From Kudoa neothunni (taxonomy: Eukaryota > Animalia > Cnidaria), in assembly GCA_964304625.1 (NCBI GenBank), contig OZ199838.1:10929607-10993606 (forward strand): a stretch of 64,000 nt of DNA, given 5' to 3'. Each line of letters starts with the position of its first letter. Within the stretch, counting starts at the first letter, position 1. Shown in pieces: positions 13,001-27,300 of the stretch. Position numbers and translations under genes: made by a program. The notes beneath the pieces were generated by a model. The model was not told the origin of the DNA. It worked only from the letters and a program-made list of their open reading frames with translations, and ran no database searches.

Positions 13001-16000
13001 AATAGCGTCAACAGGATTTATAACAAGAAGATTTTTTTTCGATTCAGTGGAAATTTTAAATGAAATGCTCTCACCATCTATTAATTATTTATAAAAATTT
13101 AATTAATATTTTATACTTGTTTTTTGACCATTTATAATTTTATTCTTATAATTTCCGGTTGGTACTATTTTTATATCATACGCGACTCCAGAGTAAAGCC
13201 CAATGATGGTGAATGTAGAACTGCATTTATTTACGCATAACTTATTTTCTGAACATATAACTGGATGATAATCGTTCATTGAATCTTTTTCTTTCACGTA
13301 AATAATACATGTGCTTGATTGTATTGCTGAACCTGGAGTGAATGTGAATCCGTCTTTAGTAGGAGACACCGAGGTTTCTCCAGTTGATAGATCAGTTAAT
13401 TCAGCTTAACAAAATGTAATATAGTAACCATTATTCCAAAAAATACTTATTTTATGATAAAAGTATTTTCTTGGAATGTAGTGAGGTATATTTTTTATAG
13501 TTACCATGACATCGTTAGGTAATTCAGCTGGACTCGGTGTTATTTCTATATCAGAGAATGTACATAAAGGGGAAGTAACATCTGTCCTTCCACTCTCACT
13601 CACCAATGGAGCATACGTATTCCAGGATTTCAACGAACACGAAATCGGATTTGAACTTGAAACAGATTGCCCATCATCATCTTTATCGTCATCATCAAGG
13701 TTAACTTTGATCTTTTGCCCGTTAGTCGTCGGAGATGTATCATTTCCATGTTTAACTAAATGGGCTTATTGTTTTAAAATATTTATATTATTACGTAAAT
13801 ATATGTTGTTTTGATAGCCAATAATAGGAACCATTCCTAGTTTAAGAACACGTATTTTGACTGCTTTTACATCTGTTGGTATATTTCCAAAAGTGATTTG
13901 ACTACAAATACTGTAAAAGCAATTATCTCTGTTTTCACATCTGTTCGAAAAAAATTGGTTTGAGGATGAGTAAGTAGCGTCTATCCATTCAAAAGTGCAC
14001 ATTTCAGAGGGATTTTCATTAGTTAATTTAATAGTGAGCTTTTGATCTACTTCGTCAACAGCCAGTTCATAGTAGAATCTACTGAAAACTGGTGCGTGGG
14101 TTTTTACAAATGTATTGTCATAAAAATAATGAAAATCAAAATGTTTAGGACAATCTATGTGATAGTCTTCTACTAGTTCGTCAAACTGTACTGAATAATG
14201 ACCAAAAGTACAAGGAGTTCTTGTGTCGTCTTTTACTTCAGATACTTCGTTTTGTATTTCTGTATCCTTGTAAAATTTACATGACTGCTCACATTTATCC
14301 GATCCCAGTTGTAATTCGTCTCCGCTGAGCTTTGCTACGTAGCTAATGTCCTCGTAATAATCTTAACAAAATTATATTTAATCATTTTATATTATATATT
14401 ACCTATGTAGTACGAAAAAACCTTCCCTTTTTTGAATTTGACCGTTTTTGAGAAGGAAGACGGACTTTGATGATCTTCACGATTTTCGTCAGTGGCTTCT
14501 TCAGTGGTTGTTTTGGTAACATCATAAGTGACAGATATATAATTTAATATATTTTCAAGATTGTGACTAATGGTGAATTCTGTATTAAGTTGTTTACATT
14601 TTATTGTATTTTCTTTTCCATTTACAAGAGCAATTTCATATCCCAATAGTTCAGAGTTAGATCTTTGAACTGTACACTCTTGTTCAGTCCCCTCTATCAC
14701 TCCATCCTTAAACTTAACCTTGTACTCACCAGTTGCTCTGTCGTATTTTAGAATCATGTCGTCCTTCGATTCTTCCACATCTCCTAAAAAAATTAAATTT
14801 ATATTTCATGTATTATATAACTTGTCACTTCTGCCTCAGCTGGGTTAGCTTTATCTTTATTTATCACAACAATCTTATAAAGAACATCAACGCTAAAGTC
14901 TACCCATTGAATATCTAGTGTCTTTTCGGATGTTGCGGTTTTTACATTATTTTTGCAATCGCCATCCAAACAATCAATAATTATTTTATTGGATGCTGAT
15001 TCATAGATAAAATAAGACCACAAATTTCCAAAAGTTTCGGCTGGTGAAATTGTCATTGTAAACGTAACTTTTTTCGCCTCAGTATTACTCTGAGAAACAG
15101 TGAGTGTTGATCCATTAGCTATTTGAAATTAAAAGATTATTCCGTAACTATAATATTACTTTCTACTCCTTCACTTTCAGCACACGTGTATCCTCTTGAG
15201 CATATGGTGATTTTATATGTTGTTTTTGGATCCAGATTAACAATATTAAAATGACCACTGCAAGAACTGAAGCAGAATTTTTTTTCCTCGCCATATTCGC
15301 AAGTCGCGGGAAATTTTGCGAGATCATCATCGCCAAATGAATAGTAAAGTTCACATTGTGCGCCCGAATTATCGTTATTTGAAAAAAGATCAGTTGGCGT
15401 TAAGCTTAATTTCGTAGTTTCACTGTCGTTCTTTGAAAGATTTATTGTCCTAGTCTGTTTGAACTTCTTCCCTATTTTAAATTAGAAAATGATCGATCCC
15501 TATATCTACCTTTTGTTTTGAAATAAATATATCTGTGATAAAATTTTACTTCGGGCGAATCTAACGTGTTGAGTCCTCTTATTTTAAGTTTCAAAACATA
15601 CTCCGTTAATGAATTAAGATTTGTGATTGTGATTGAGCCAAAAGAGGTGCACCCTCCGGTTCCATCGCATGTCGGATTGCCACCGCCATTTTCAATTCCA
15701 AGGTATTTTCTTATAATTGTCATTTCTATGGTTACAGTCTCAGTTGGCGTGATAGAGTCTTCATTTTTATTCAAATCGGATAGATTAATAGTGGCTTGGT
15801 TATTATCACCGATGGTTACACTAGGTTCAATAGTGACAACTAAATAAATGCTAATAAAAAGTTTACAAAAACAAAATTTTACACGTCACGATCTGAATAA
15901 ATTCTTTATACGTTATTTTTACTAGCGGCACTACAATGACTTGAGCAAACTTCAATTCTAAGTCATGATATAATGTTGCTTTGTGGCATGGTTGAAGGCA

Positions 16001-17660
16001 AGGTCCAGCGTTGTTCATATCCGAACAGCGAGAGGAAAAATGCGATTCACTTATTTCTTTTATTCCAAAATAACATATTTTAGATGGTTCCGGGTTTTGA
16101 ATTTTTATAGTGTAAAAGTTTTTCCCACCCGTGGTATGTTTTGATCCAGTTGCAACAAACCAGTTTTCATGAGGTTTTTTCGGATTCAAAAAAATTTGGG
16201 GAGATCGGTTGGTGAACTCGACAATTGACGTAGTTTGATATGATAATGAGCTTAGTCTGAGAGTTTTCTCAACAAAGTTTTCATTGTTTGATGACACAGT
16301 GGTTTCATTGCTGCCATCGACAATAGACTTGAACCCATCGTTTATTTTTCTTTTAACACCGATAGTAAATTCATTAGCTGTCTTTTTCGCAGTCAGTTTC
16401 GTTTTTATATAAATATCTATATAGTACTTTTAAACGTGTACTATTTAAATTGAAAATACCTTTAACAGTATAGACTCTCTTGTTAATGCATTTTTTTACA
16501 TCTTTGTCGTCTTTTCCTTGACACCATCTTACGAACTTTATTTTACTTATATCTGCCACACTTATCTTAAATTCAAGCCTTTTACATTTATAAAGGCACA
16601 TGTTTGATCCTTGGACCACATTCGAACCTATAATGGTACTGCTGCATGCTGAAAACGCTTTTAAGGCTGAATCGTCTCCATCGTAGTACTGAAGTGCGCA
16701 TTTTCTGTTACTATTTTCGATATGGTAGCCGGAGATGGAAAACTTATATTTATCTTCACTACTTAAGAAAGTTAATTTCATAATATTATTGTCTATATTT
16801 TCAACAACATTTTCATCGAGGAGGACTAAAAAAATGAATAGCACAATAATTCTCCGAAGAAATTACCCCTAAGAATAAAAATAAATTCAATCACAACGTA
16901 AACCAGTTCCATTTTATTTTCATTAATAGTTTTAATCGTTAGGCGAAAAATTATATCTACTTACTGTTTCAATACTCAATTGTTTTATTTAAAACAGAGT
17001 AACATTAATCTTATTAAATAACTAGATAATGACTTTTAATTAATTTCATCAATATCAATAAAAAATAATTATTTTAATTTATTTTCTTTACTTCAAAAAT
17101 AATAGCGGAATTTGATTTTTTTATTTAATATTTTAAATATGGGTCGATTTTTATCATTTATTAAAGTCAACACAATTCTACAAAAAGATTCATTTGGTCA
17201 TTCGTAGAAGTGATTTTGACAATTTCTCTGAAATTGTCAATTAAAAGACACTCATTAGAAATAAACTGTTAAATTATTCATAGTAACAATAGAATATATC
17301 CATGTGTAATATTTTTGTTTGTGATTAAAATAAATAATACTATTTGATATGTTATATTCATAAAGATTGGTAAATACCCATTCAATTAATGACCTTCGAC
17401 CTATATCGTTGAGGATACTACGACCTAAAAAGATATTAATAAGTATATTTATCGTATGTAAATATGTTAAATTAAACAAAATTAATATATCATTGTTTCA
17501 AATTATGTTATGAATTTATAAATAACAAATAGATAACAAATTTTAGGCGTAGCATTATTAGCAGGTTATAATAATGTTAATAACCTGTATTTAATTAATT
17601 AAATTCGATATACAATAAAATAGCGCTAATGTATAATTTTCTGTTTAAGCTTTAAATAAC
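10045..17660 (-). repeat. Arm A of a ~7.6-kb inverted segmental duplication (partner 44010-51722)
   Basis: Reverse complement aligns collinearly with 44010-51722; the ORF track also shows mirror-image peptides (e.g. 11639-12262 vs 49506-50129, 10668-10967 vs 50801-51100). Confidence 0.97.
10104..16912 (-). CDS. Gene A: large multi-exon type I membrane protein with ~15 Cys-rich, partly FN3-like extracellular modules
   Basis: ATG at 16912 opens a hydrophobic signal-like exon (MELVYVVIEFIFILR). About 20 exons are separated by tiny GT-AG introns. Modules share C-x(12-16)-C-x(4-6)-C-x3-C followed by an FN3-like F-x-I-x-x-L-x(4-5)-Y-x-I/L-x-I/V ending. Last exon IYALVPIVSSIFVVIGIALYSRCSKDFNYEL* is a TM helix plus short tail; stop at 10104-10106. 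Confidence 0.8.
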
Positions 17661-17831
17661 ACTTTTCTACTTATAATAAAATTACAATAATAGATATCGT
17701 TGTTGTCTAAATATATAAAATTAATTTTATTAATTTAAAAAAGTCGATTCTATATATTATTTTAGATTACCTGTACAGACATGGGTCGGTTTTACGCTAT
17801 TTTTAAAAGCTACAGTATGATAATTTGACTT

Positions 17832-17834
<3 letters not shown>

Positions 17835-17872
<38 letters not shown>
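17835..17872. repeat. (TA)19 microsatellite
   Basis: Directly visible TA dinucleotide run. Confidence 0.95.
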
Positions 17873-17877
<5 letters not shown>

Positions 17878-18189
17878 GTTTCAATATGATGGTTGCAGAA
17901 TCTTGATTTAACTAATATAACAAATTAAAAATTTTCCACTGTGATAATCACGTGATTTGGAGATTTCGTGCTCTTATTCTGGGTACACTTTGTTTAGAAA
18001 ATTGATAAATTACGATTAAGTGACTAACAAAATTTAATTCGATAACAGAATGATCTATAATAAATATAACATAAAAAATTTTTTACAATAGTATAGTCTA
18101 AGAAGTCTCAAATCTGTTACTGTCAATATTTTTAAAATCTAACTCATCTCTAACTTCTCGTGGCCTCTTGTAACAAGGATGTAAAATAT

Positions 18190-18700
18190 TTAAAAGTTTC
18201 GAAAGAGGATTGGTTTTTAAAAAAGTTGCGAAAAGTTAAATTATAACATTAATAATTATCTTGATTAACAAATACATAAACGCATGTATTGAGTATGGTC
18301 CAAGCAATTGAATTAACCGTTATGAGCATCGTTTATGGAAGAAACAAAATAGCTTAAAATAATTGACTCTAACAACTTCACAATATTCTTTGTCCTGCTG
18401 TTTTCAAAAGTGATTAGGCGTTAAAAATTTAATTTTTATAAAGATTTTACTGATATTAATCTAAGAACAAATATTGAACGGATAAATTGGCTTTAAAATA
18501 TATGTGAAGAATGTAGTGATTATTGCCCCTACAGATATGATGAAACAACTTTGTTTTATGGTAGCAACGAAGTGTTTTTCTTTTTGTTTGCTAATTTTTG
18601 TGTTTTGATTGGAAACATTTCATCAAACGTATGAATATTTTATTTGGAGATTTTCTTGATGGAAATAAGTTTTAACCTCGGATTATTGAACCTACGAAAC
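18190..18700 (+). pseudogene. Highly decayed pogo-like transposase fragment
   Basis: Fragments DWFLKKLRK (~18210) and YDETTLFY (~18537) resemble the pogo GW..F..R and DETxLFY motifs; many stops; ends not identifiable. Confidence 0.3.
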
Positions 18701-19228
18701 TGTTCCCTTGTTTTTAAAATTTGAATATTTTACTTGCTTATATGAAATCAAAAAGAAAAACTGGCTAAAGAGAGTTGTCTTTAAGGAATATATACATTAC
18801 TAAATGATGCGTGCATTAAAAAAATCATGTTACTTATTTGACTCAAATTTGCTTCATACATAAACAAGAAAATAATAACCTCCGCAGAAAACGTCTCGAA
18901 GTTATATGCTTTATTATTTTAATTTATATTTTATCTTATGAATTTTCATAATTGTTTCTAAAATGCATAAATTGACAACAAAAATTTAAGAATGATGAAT
19001 GTTATTTTTTCCTGATTCATGACTCAACAGATTACGATTGGAACTATTATTTATCCCTTCTTAATATATCTTTATTATGTAAAGAAATAAATAATGCTAT
19101 TTAAAAATTATAAACAACAAATTTATATATAAATAATATTAAATTGTAATGATAAAAATTATAGTGGCTTAATTAAGCTCTTTATTTAAAGAAAATTGAA
19201 TAAGCCAAATAGGGATAACCAATAAATC

Positions 19229-21330
19229 TACAGTCGAGATTGGATATTGCGTGATTCAACATTGCGTAATTTAAGATTCACATTATGATAATAATTACGT
19301 TGGAATTTAATTTAAAAATATTGTCATAACTACGATTAATAAGTTATTAATTTAAAAAAATATTGTTTCAATGTGTTCATATCTCAGTATTGCGTAACGA
19401 AAAAATCAACATGACTCGATATTGAGTGATTTTATCTTACATAAGTGGAGAAAACTGCGTGATCATTCTAAGAAAATTAGAATAATAAAGTATTTCAATT
19501 GATGAAAAAAAAGATACCAATAAATTGACGACTGAGAAATTTATATTTAGTGGTATTGTTATTTTAATTCTATATGAATATTTACCTTCAGGTACATTCA
19601 ATTCTTGGCAGATTTCTTTCTCATGAAACTGAGCCCAAAAATTCATACGTGACGAAAAGTAGGAAGATGCATCCAAATGGATGATTCATCAACATAGACG
19701 AGAAAGTTTATCAATGGTTTATCAAAATATGCATGAATGGTTACACTATTTCTGGAGAAGTAATTCTAGAAATGATACCATCATTGAAAAAATGAACAAC
19801 GTTCAAAATTTTAAAGCGAATAGGAGAGAGTTGGGGGATTTAGAAAGATTTGAAATCATTATTGAACATTTTCATGATGAAGCTGAGAGCGTTATCCTTA
19901 TATCTATTGATTCGTGGATTTATGAAAATAAAAATAGGATATACACGTATAGCCCCAGCGACATTATAAATATTGATAAACTCCTTTTTTATGAACAATT
20001 ACAGAACAACAGTTATGTATTAAAGGAAGAAAATGACATATAGATAAAAAGCTATCAAAAAGGATATAAGTTTTGATATCATGCTCTTTCAGTGGAGAAA
20101 AATCTCGTTTATTCAGAATTGGAAGATATCGAAATCCGAGAGACTTCAAGAGGGTCAAAAATTTACCTTATGAGTATTATGCTCCAAAAAATTCCTCGAG
20201 GGCTTACGTTATTTTTATCAGACAATAAATAAACTAACTTATAAAATGAAGTCTGAGAAACTAAAAACGTTAATCATCTAGGACCAGTTCTCAACACATC
20301 TGAAAGACATAAATTGTTTTAGAAACATAAAGATTCTCTTTTTGTCTAAAAATACATGCGTTTTACAAGCACTAGATCTAGGGATAACTTAATTGTTTTA
20401 AATGTATATAATGGGTTACCAGTTTTTCGTACTGTCGACTCGTTCGTACTTTTAACAAAAAGAAGATTCATGCTTCATTAATTTTTTATAAAGGTAAAAT
20501 ATTATTTCATAATAGGATGCATCAAATGAATGAACAAAATTTTTAATATTAATTAATTTAGATTATTTTGTATGTTTTTTTATACATTTTTAAATCCCTA
20601 TAGGGATTACGAACGACTGGTCACCTATTGTATATAACAAAAATAATATGTATTCAAATGATATTACATGATGATTGATCAAATACTAAATATATTATTG
20701 TTTATGCAATTTTGGCTCCCAAATAGCATGAAACAGCATTCTGCCAGGAATTATTGTCAATTTTTTTTTAAATTCCTATATTTGTTGGGAAAAAGACTAG
20801 TTCGAACATCTGAAATTATGTCTCTTTTGATATGACGTGGGAGATAGATAAATGATGAAATTTGTGAAAAAACCAAATTATAAATTAAAAATATAATTTT
20901 AATACTTTTAAAGTTAAAAAAAGAGACTAAATTTGATGATGAACAAACTAAAGTTATGGGTAAAATATATGCAAGAGGCAGTAATTGTATTAAGAAAAGC
21001 ATTTATTCAAGAAGATTTATCTGTTATTTTCCATCTTTATCTAATAATAGATCGAAAATTTAAATTTTCATCTCAAAAGTAGCATCAATTTAAAATTATT
21101 TAATCCTTTTAAAAAATATGTTCTCTAGTTGTTTCTGACTTAAAATATTTTCCTTATATTTGTGATAATTAATTATCACTGATAACAAATAAGATAATCG
21201 AATAAAACATGTTTTAAAAAAGTATGTTCCTTCGTATGCATGTGCGCGTGTCCCGATATTGCGTAAAACTTTTTTATTGCGTAATTTTTAGGACCAAGGA
21301 AAAATTACGCAATATCGATTCTCGACTGTA
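19229..21330 (+). mobile_element. pogo/Tigger-family DNA transposon with pseudogenised transposase (copy 2)
   Basis: TA|CAGTCGAGATTGGATATTGCGTGA at 19229 and TTACGCAATATCGATTCTCGACTG|TA at 21330 form TIRs with a TA target duplication. Interior YSPSDIINID..LFY, RIGRYRNPRDFK and LDLGI motifs are frameshifted. Confidence 0.9.
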
Positions 21331-23019
21331 TTATCTTCAGATCGTAAACAACAAATTTCGGTATGAAAAGGTCAAATACTATTTGGTAAAATATTGTGGC
21401 TCAAATTTTCAGACCTAGTATTACAAAATGGCAATTATTCATTCCTTGTTCATAATTTTAATTAACATATATTGTATATAGTTATTCAATAATATAACAA
21501 TAGATATCGTCAAAATTTACCAACCCTTTTAAATCCGAATTTAATTCAGCGATTGACCGATAATTTTTTGGTTCATCTTGTTTAATCTTAATTAATTTTA
21601 TATAAAATGTCCAAAAATTGGAGCAGTCAGTTCAAAGATAAAATATATACGCACATGGTGCCAATGACAACATTAGGGCGCCGCTTATTTCAAAATGCAT
21701 GGGGTGCGCATGTGCTTATTATTTCGTTTTTAACCAAAAAATACTCTTCCACAATTAGAAATGAAATATTAAATTATTTATTAAAATTTAGGTGGTCCAA
21801 AAAGCAGTTTCTGTTTTTATTATGGCACAGATGGACATTAAACTTAATGCAAATATGCTCAAATTATCTATCATTGAAGAATCGGTTGAAATAGGTGAAA
21901 CATTCAAATATAATATCTTTAACTTGGTCAAAAATATCAGTTGTTTCAACACCATTGTTCATTTAATTTTTCGCACTCATCGTCTAATTTAATTGGTAAT
22001 CATCCTCCTCGTAACTAGAACTGTATCGGATACAGCATCATCATATTGACTTTATTTAATGGAATCCGATTCCAGTCCAACGTATAATTCGTCCGCACCT
22101 GGTAATAATATTATTTTTTAAAAGTCGGCTCTGTTTATTCCTTTTCCCCAAGCTAATCAGAATCCATTCTAAAGAACATAAACACACTTAAATCGAGGGC
22201 AGAACGTTGCCGTGTGACAACACTCGCTATACCCGGTAGCCCAATGTTGCCAGCATGGATTAATCTGTCCTATAGTATACATATCAAAACAGGTTTTCTT
22301 CTTGGGTTCATTTTTAGAATAAACTATCTAATAGTATATGAGTATATTTTTTAATTTTACTGAAACCTCAAAATTCCGAGTTCAATTACATGAAACTTTT
22401 AACTTTTTTTATATTCGCCGTAGAGTTTGATGTTCGCCTGTATCGCTCTTGATATTAAACACACAAATTTTTATAATTCATTTTCATAAAATCAAATCAA
22501 CATAACTATATTAGTATAATAAAGAAAGATTAAAAAATGTAATTAAATGGTTAAAACACTCACAAAATTAAAATATTCATTTGGTAACATTGGGGTTCAA
22601 AGCGTTGTGTTAGGTTAGGACGCTGCTTTGAAAAATTGCACAACTACGGTCACATGCATCGGAGAGGACATTGTACAAATTATCGAGCTTGAAATAACAA
22701 AAGTTTAAAAAAATATTTTATTCAACTCCAGGTCACACCAAATTTTCAATAATAAAAAATATGCGCAACCATGGCAAATAAATGAGCCTGCACAATTTCT
22801 ATGGATGTTGACAATTGCACACATTGAAAAGTGAATAAAAAGTATAAAAACCTACTAAAATACATAAAAGGGTGTAAGGATGCTATTTAGAATTGTTTTG
22901 GGTGCCACAGTAAACAATTTGGAACAATATAAACCCCAAGTGGACCAACACTGACAACGTGGTACTTCGGCACATCTTCGTGATTATACGCGTTCCGGCA
23001 CTACACCTGCGACATTACA

Positions 23020-24157
23020 ATGAAAGGTAGCATATTTGTTGGAGGAATACATCCATCGGTGGAAAGACGAAGAATTGAGCACATATTTGAAAAATATGGA
23101 CCGATGAACCGTTGTGAGTTGAAACGAGGTATTTGGGATGGCTGCGTTTTTTGAGTGGCATAATTGATACGTAGGTTACGCGTTTGTTGATTATGACGAT
23201 CAACGGGATGCAGAGGTATATTATTTTGGGAAGATATATTATTGTTTATGTGCGTGTGAGTTAAAAAACAACTTTTTCGTCATAGTTAGTATTTTATATT
23301 GAATCTGAGTGATTAAAGGATTTGAATAGCTGGCTAGGTTTTATAGTTGTGAAATTTTTAGATAGCATAAAATGGCCTATCCAAAATTTGACAATTATCA
23401 CTCTCAGTCCTAATCCTTAGTTACAGTCAGTTGTCGTGCGTGTGTGGATTATTGCCATTACTACCTTAACTATTCGATCTTTTCTCGTCATCCATCACCA
23501 CTCCCACCAATACGTCGACTACTGCTAGCTTAACCACCCATTTGTCATTTACTCACCTTTCGCGTTGTATATAATCACCAATTCCTCCTATCTACATAAA
23601 ATCCACCCCGCCTTTCAGTTTAAACTAAGACCGCTCTATATTCTATAGTTGCCACTTTTAGCGGCTACGCTCTCCCCCATCCAATTTACATTATCTATAG
23701 GATGCTATCAGCCGTGAACATGGTCGCCTACTGAAGGGTATACGAATTGTTGTGGAATGGGCCAAAGGAACACCAGGTTTCGACGAAGTAGGATCTCAGT
23801 TTTCACCTGCTTGTCTACCAAACCCAAGCGTTTAACACTCGTCACTCATTTAGAGTCGAAAATCTCGTCGTCCACCTCCACGAGACAATAGATATGATGA
23901 TCGAAGAAGAGATGACTATGACTACGATAAAAAAAGTCGAAGACGGTAAATCTTAATAGTTTCATTGAAATGTGCGCTCATATTACAATTTTAGACGTTC
24001 ATATGATAGTCCAGTTGATAAATATAGAAAAAGACGATCAAGACGATCCCCCTCTCGCAGTAGATCCAGAGGAAAGGGATCAATCGACAGATCCCCACCT
24101 TCACGTGATAGATCGCCTTCACCAAGATCGGTTTCATCTGGAAGCCCCAGGAATTAA
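23020..24157 (+). CDS. Serine/arginine-rich (SR) splicing factor, single RRM plus RS domain
   Basis: Five exons: 23020-23128, 23175-23215, 23701-23787, 23854-23945, 23995-24157. Translation MKGSIFVGGIHPSVERRRIEHIFEKYGPMNRCELKRGYAFVDYDDQRDAEDAISREHGRLLKGIRIVVEWAKG (RNP2/RNP1 and the SR-typical DxRDAEDA), then RRSRRSPSRSRSR. Orthology within the SR family is not resolvable by eye. Confidence 0.92.
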
Positions 24158-24338
24158 ACATCTGATATATCTCATATAAACTACAGTGTTGGCAGAAACT
24201 ATCCCCACATTATATAAAACAACCAAATTTTATGTCTAGATAATCATTACTATTATCAACATAACACACATTTGACTGCAGCACTATTTGTTGTACACTT
24301 TGTGATTTGACTCTTTTTTGCCGCTCGCCACCCATACA

Positions 24339-27300
24339 TCACTGTTGGTGTCCTAGATAGTCCACTGAGTTTCCAGTTGTTGCGATATCTATAGTTCCTG
24401 GTGATTTTTCCCAGTCGATTTTAAGTAGATGTTGTGAGGCTAATTCGGTCGCGCGATCATATAGCATTTTTGAGGTGAGGACACCATCGTTGGATGCAAA
24501 CGCTGAAGCTTGCCAAGAAATAGCCAATTTAGAAATCTCTCGACCGGAGAGTCCTGAAGTTGTTTCGTTGAGATTATTCAGATGAGAGTCTAAATTGTCT
24601 AAGATATTTTGTTCTACTTTAATGCTCCTAAAATATGATAAAGTGCATTAGCGTTAATAAACGTAGTTGTTTTTGTTGATAACGATACTTTTCTTCCGTT
24701 ATGTATTTGTTGAAATAGTATTTGAGAAGACGTCTTCTTTCGGCCTCCTTTGGTAGTGTAAATCCAACCAACTCATCAATACGATCGTTAACTGCTCTAT
24801 CGAGTTGGCTGGGCTGATTAGTTGCCAATACGAGCATAAAACTAAAAATTAATCTTAACACAACGAAAAACTATTGTGTAATATATATTACTTTTTAGAA
24901 GCTTCGCCAGTATTATAGAGAAAAGCATTCAGCGCATTTCTCACATCTTCGCTGATAGCTTCCTACAACAGCAGTCAGTCGCATAACTGAATCCAACAAT
25001 CAAATAAAGTGCTGTTATACTTTATTTCTTTTCTTTAAAAATGCATCAGCTTCATCGATAAAAAGCAATAATCTTAAGTAATCAGAAAATGAATTAATCT
25101 TGATGTCGAAAACACATATTTTAATATTACCCCTTTTTTGGAAGTTGAAGCCCATCGAAACACATTATGTACTGCGGTGACAGCATCCTTGCCCAACGGA
25201 GCCACATCTCCTCCTGTCATTATTGCATAATCCATTCCTACTGTGTGAGCCATACTCTGAGAGATTTTGAGTTGATTAAGAAACTAATAATAAAATAACA
25301 TACTTTGGCAAATAGAGTTTTTCCTGTTCCAGGAGGTCCATAAAACAGTAGATTTCTATAGTAACCATTGTTGTGTCTGGTATTCACAGTTGAAATAGAT
25401 ATTCGTATAAGTTGCTCTTCAATTCCTTTCTGGTGAATTAATTTTAAAATGGTTCAGAAAGCATTATTTCGACTAATACTATCCATTGTTTCAAAAAATC
25501 AATATATGTACATTTAATTTTTGGGGGGAAAATAAAAATAAATTATACAATTATACAGATGACTTGATAAGGAAAATTTGAATATTAAATGTAGACAGTC
25601 AATAAATTTTGGAGTCTCAAAAAATTCCTCAACCAATTTTTTAATGAAATTTATTGTCGTTAGGGCTAGTTTTAGTTAGTATTGTAATAACACATATTCA
25701 TCGGCATATTTTGCGCCCATATGTTGTAATAAAAAGTCGTTATTAGTAATTTTAAAATATAAAAACATAAAATAATGATATGTTACGATAAAAACTACCG
25801 TATATAGTATATACTCGAGTATGAGTCGCATTTTTTCAAAAACAAAGCTTCGAAATCAGCATGCGATGTATACAAGTGATACAAGATTAGAAATAAAGAT
25901 AGTTGATAGCAAAGTACATAATTTATACGAAATAAATTAATTTTCTTATTCAAATGTAATGTTCGTGGGAAATGAATTAAATGGATGCGGGAGGGATTGG
26001 CAAAAAAGACAGAAATAGGAAATTTTAAAAGACCTCTATTACCACCTATCGTAGTTGGCTAAGTGAAAAGTTCTTGGGACTTAATAAGTTTAAAAATGAT
26101 TCAAAGATCATTCAAGAAATGGGCATATCAAACTCAATGAATGGGAGCGAAGATGATATACTTTGGAAGGCAGAAAAAATAGAAAATAACGATAAAGAGG
26201 TTAATGAGATCTACGACGACACTGTGACTGCTAAGAAAAAAACATGTCGACTTGAAAAGAGCGACTCTTCTTCCGATTTAATCGGCGAAAACCATTAACA
26301 ATGGAAACTTATTTTTTGAGAATACTAACATTATATGAACTTAAAATAAACATTTTATTTTTGTATACAATAAGTTTTATTTTTTACATTAATTTAAATT
26401 AAAACATCTAATCTGTGAAAAATTTGTAACTTGAAAACTTTTCTTTTCAGGGTGCGACTAATACACGAACAGCCAAAATCACGAAAAATTATTCCAACCC
26501 CATTGCGATTTATACTTGAGTATATATGATACATCAAATATTATATTATATCAATATAAATGCAGTAAATATAAAAGAGCACACTCACAAATTAAAGTGC
26601 TAGCTGATACGACTAAAGTGTATATAATTTATTTAATATTACGAAAACAAATTTTAAATGATAATAATTTAAAATGAAATAAGGAACTTACATCTAAGAA
26701 AATCCCACGCATCACCTTCTCTTCAGCCTTAGAGTTTTTGGATAGATATGCACCAAAAAACTGTTAACAAGACAATAATCAATGTGATCGAATAAACTAA
26801 ATATACACTAGGCAAATCTCGCCTATTGAAACGAGAGGTCTCTCTAATGAGTGATGGTTTCCCTAGGCGAGACTCCACGTAACTAAACGCGCATATTTAA
26901 ATAAAACAGTGAGAAGTATGTAGGAGACTAGTCACAATTTACCTTGAAACCAGGTTAACAGTGGCTTTTATTGATTTCAACCCAAAGGACATACCCAAAA
27001 TTGCGCCACACTAATAAACCCAATGTTTTTTGTCATACACCAATATAAACCTTACCAACATTGAAACTTGATAAGGATTATTGATAAATGTGGAGAAGCC
27101 AGTTCCTATAATATCTGAACTTGTTCTAGAAAAAATGTGAAGAAATATGTGGTTTGTATAATATTGTTTATATTACTTTACAATATCTAGAATTGTAGTT
27201 CTATATTCAGATAATTTGGTGTGAATAGCCTCTAGTTCTATGTCTCTGTTTTCACGACGCATTTTCCCTCTTTATCAACAATGCATCAATCAAAAAAAAC

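Noticed and set aside
11642-15847. Several plus-strand ORFs (11642, 11897, 13506, 14733, 15566) and their minus-strand mirrors in arm B
   Set aside because: Antisense to exons of gene A/B, with no motifs or splice logic of their own.
21600-22650. Possible further pogo-like relic and ORFs 21607/21792
   Set aside because: No convincing TIR pair or catalytic motif; the ORFs look like random AT-rich frames.
23970-24179. Overlapping 69-aa alternative-frame ORF in the SR gene
   Set aside because: By-product of the low-complexity RS coding sequence; its start lies within the intron.
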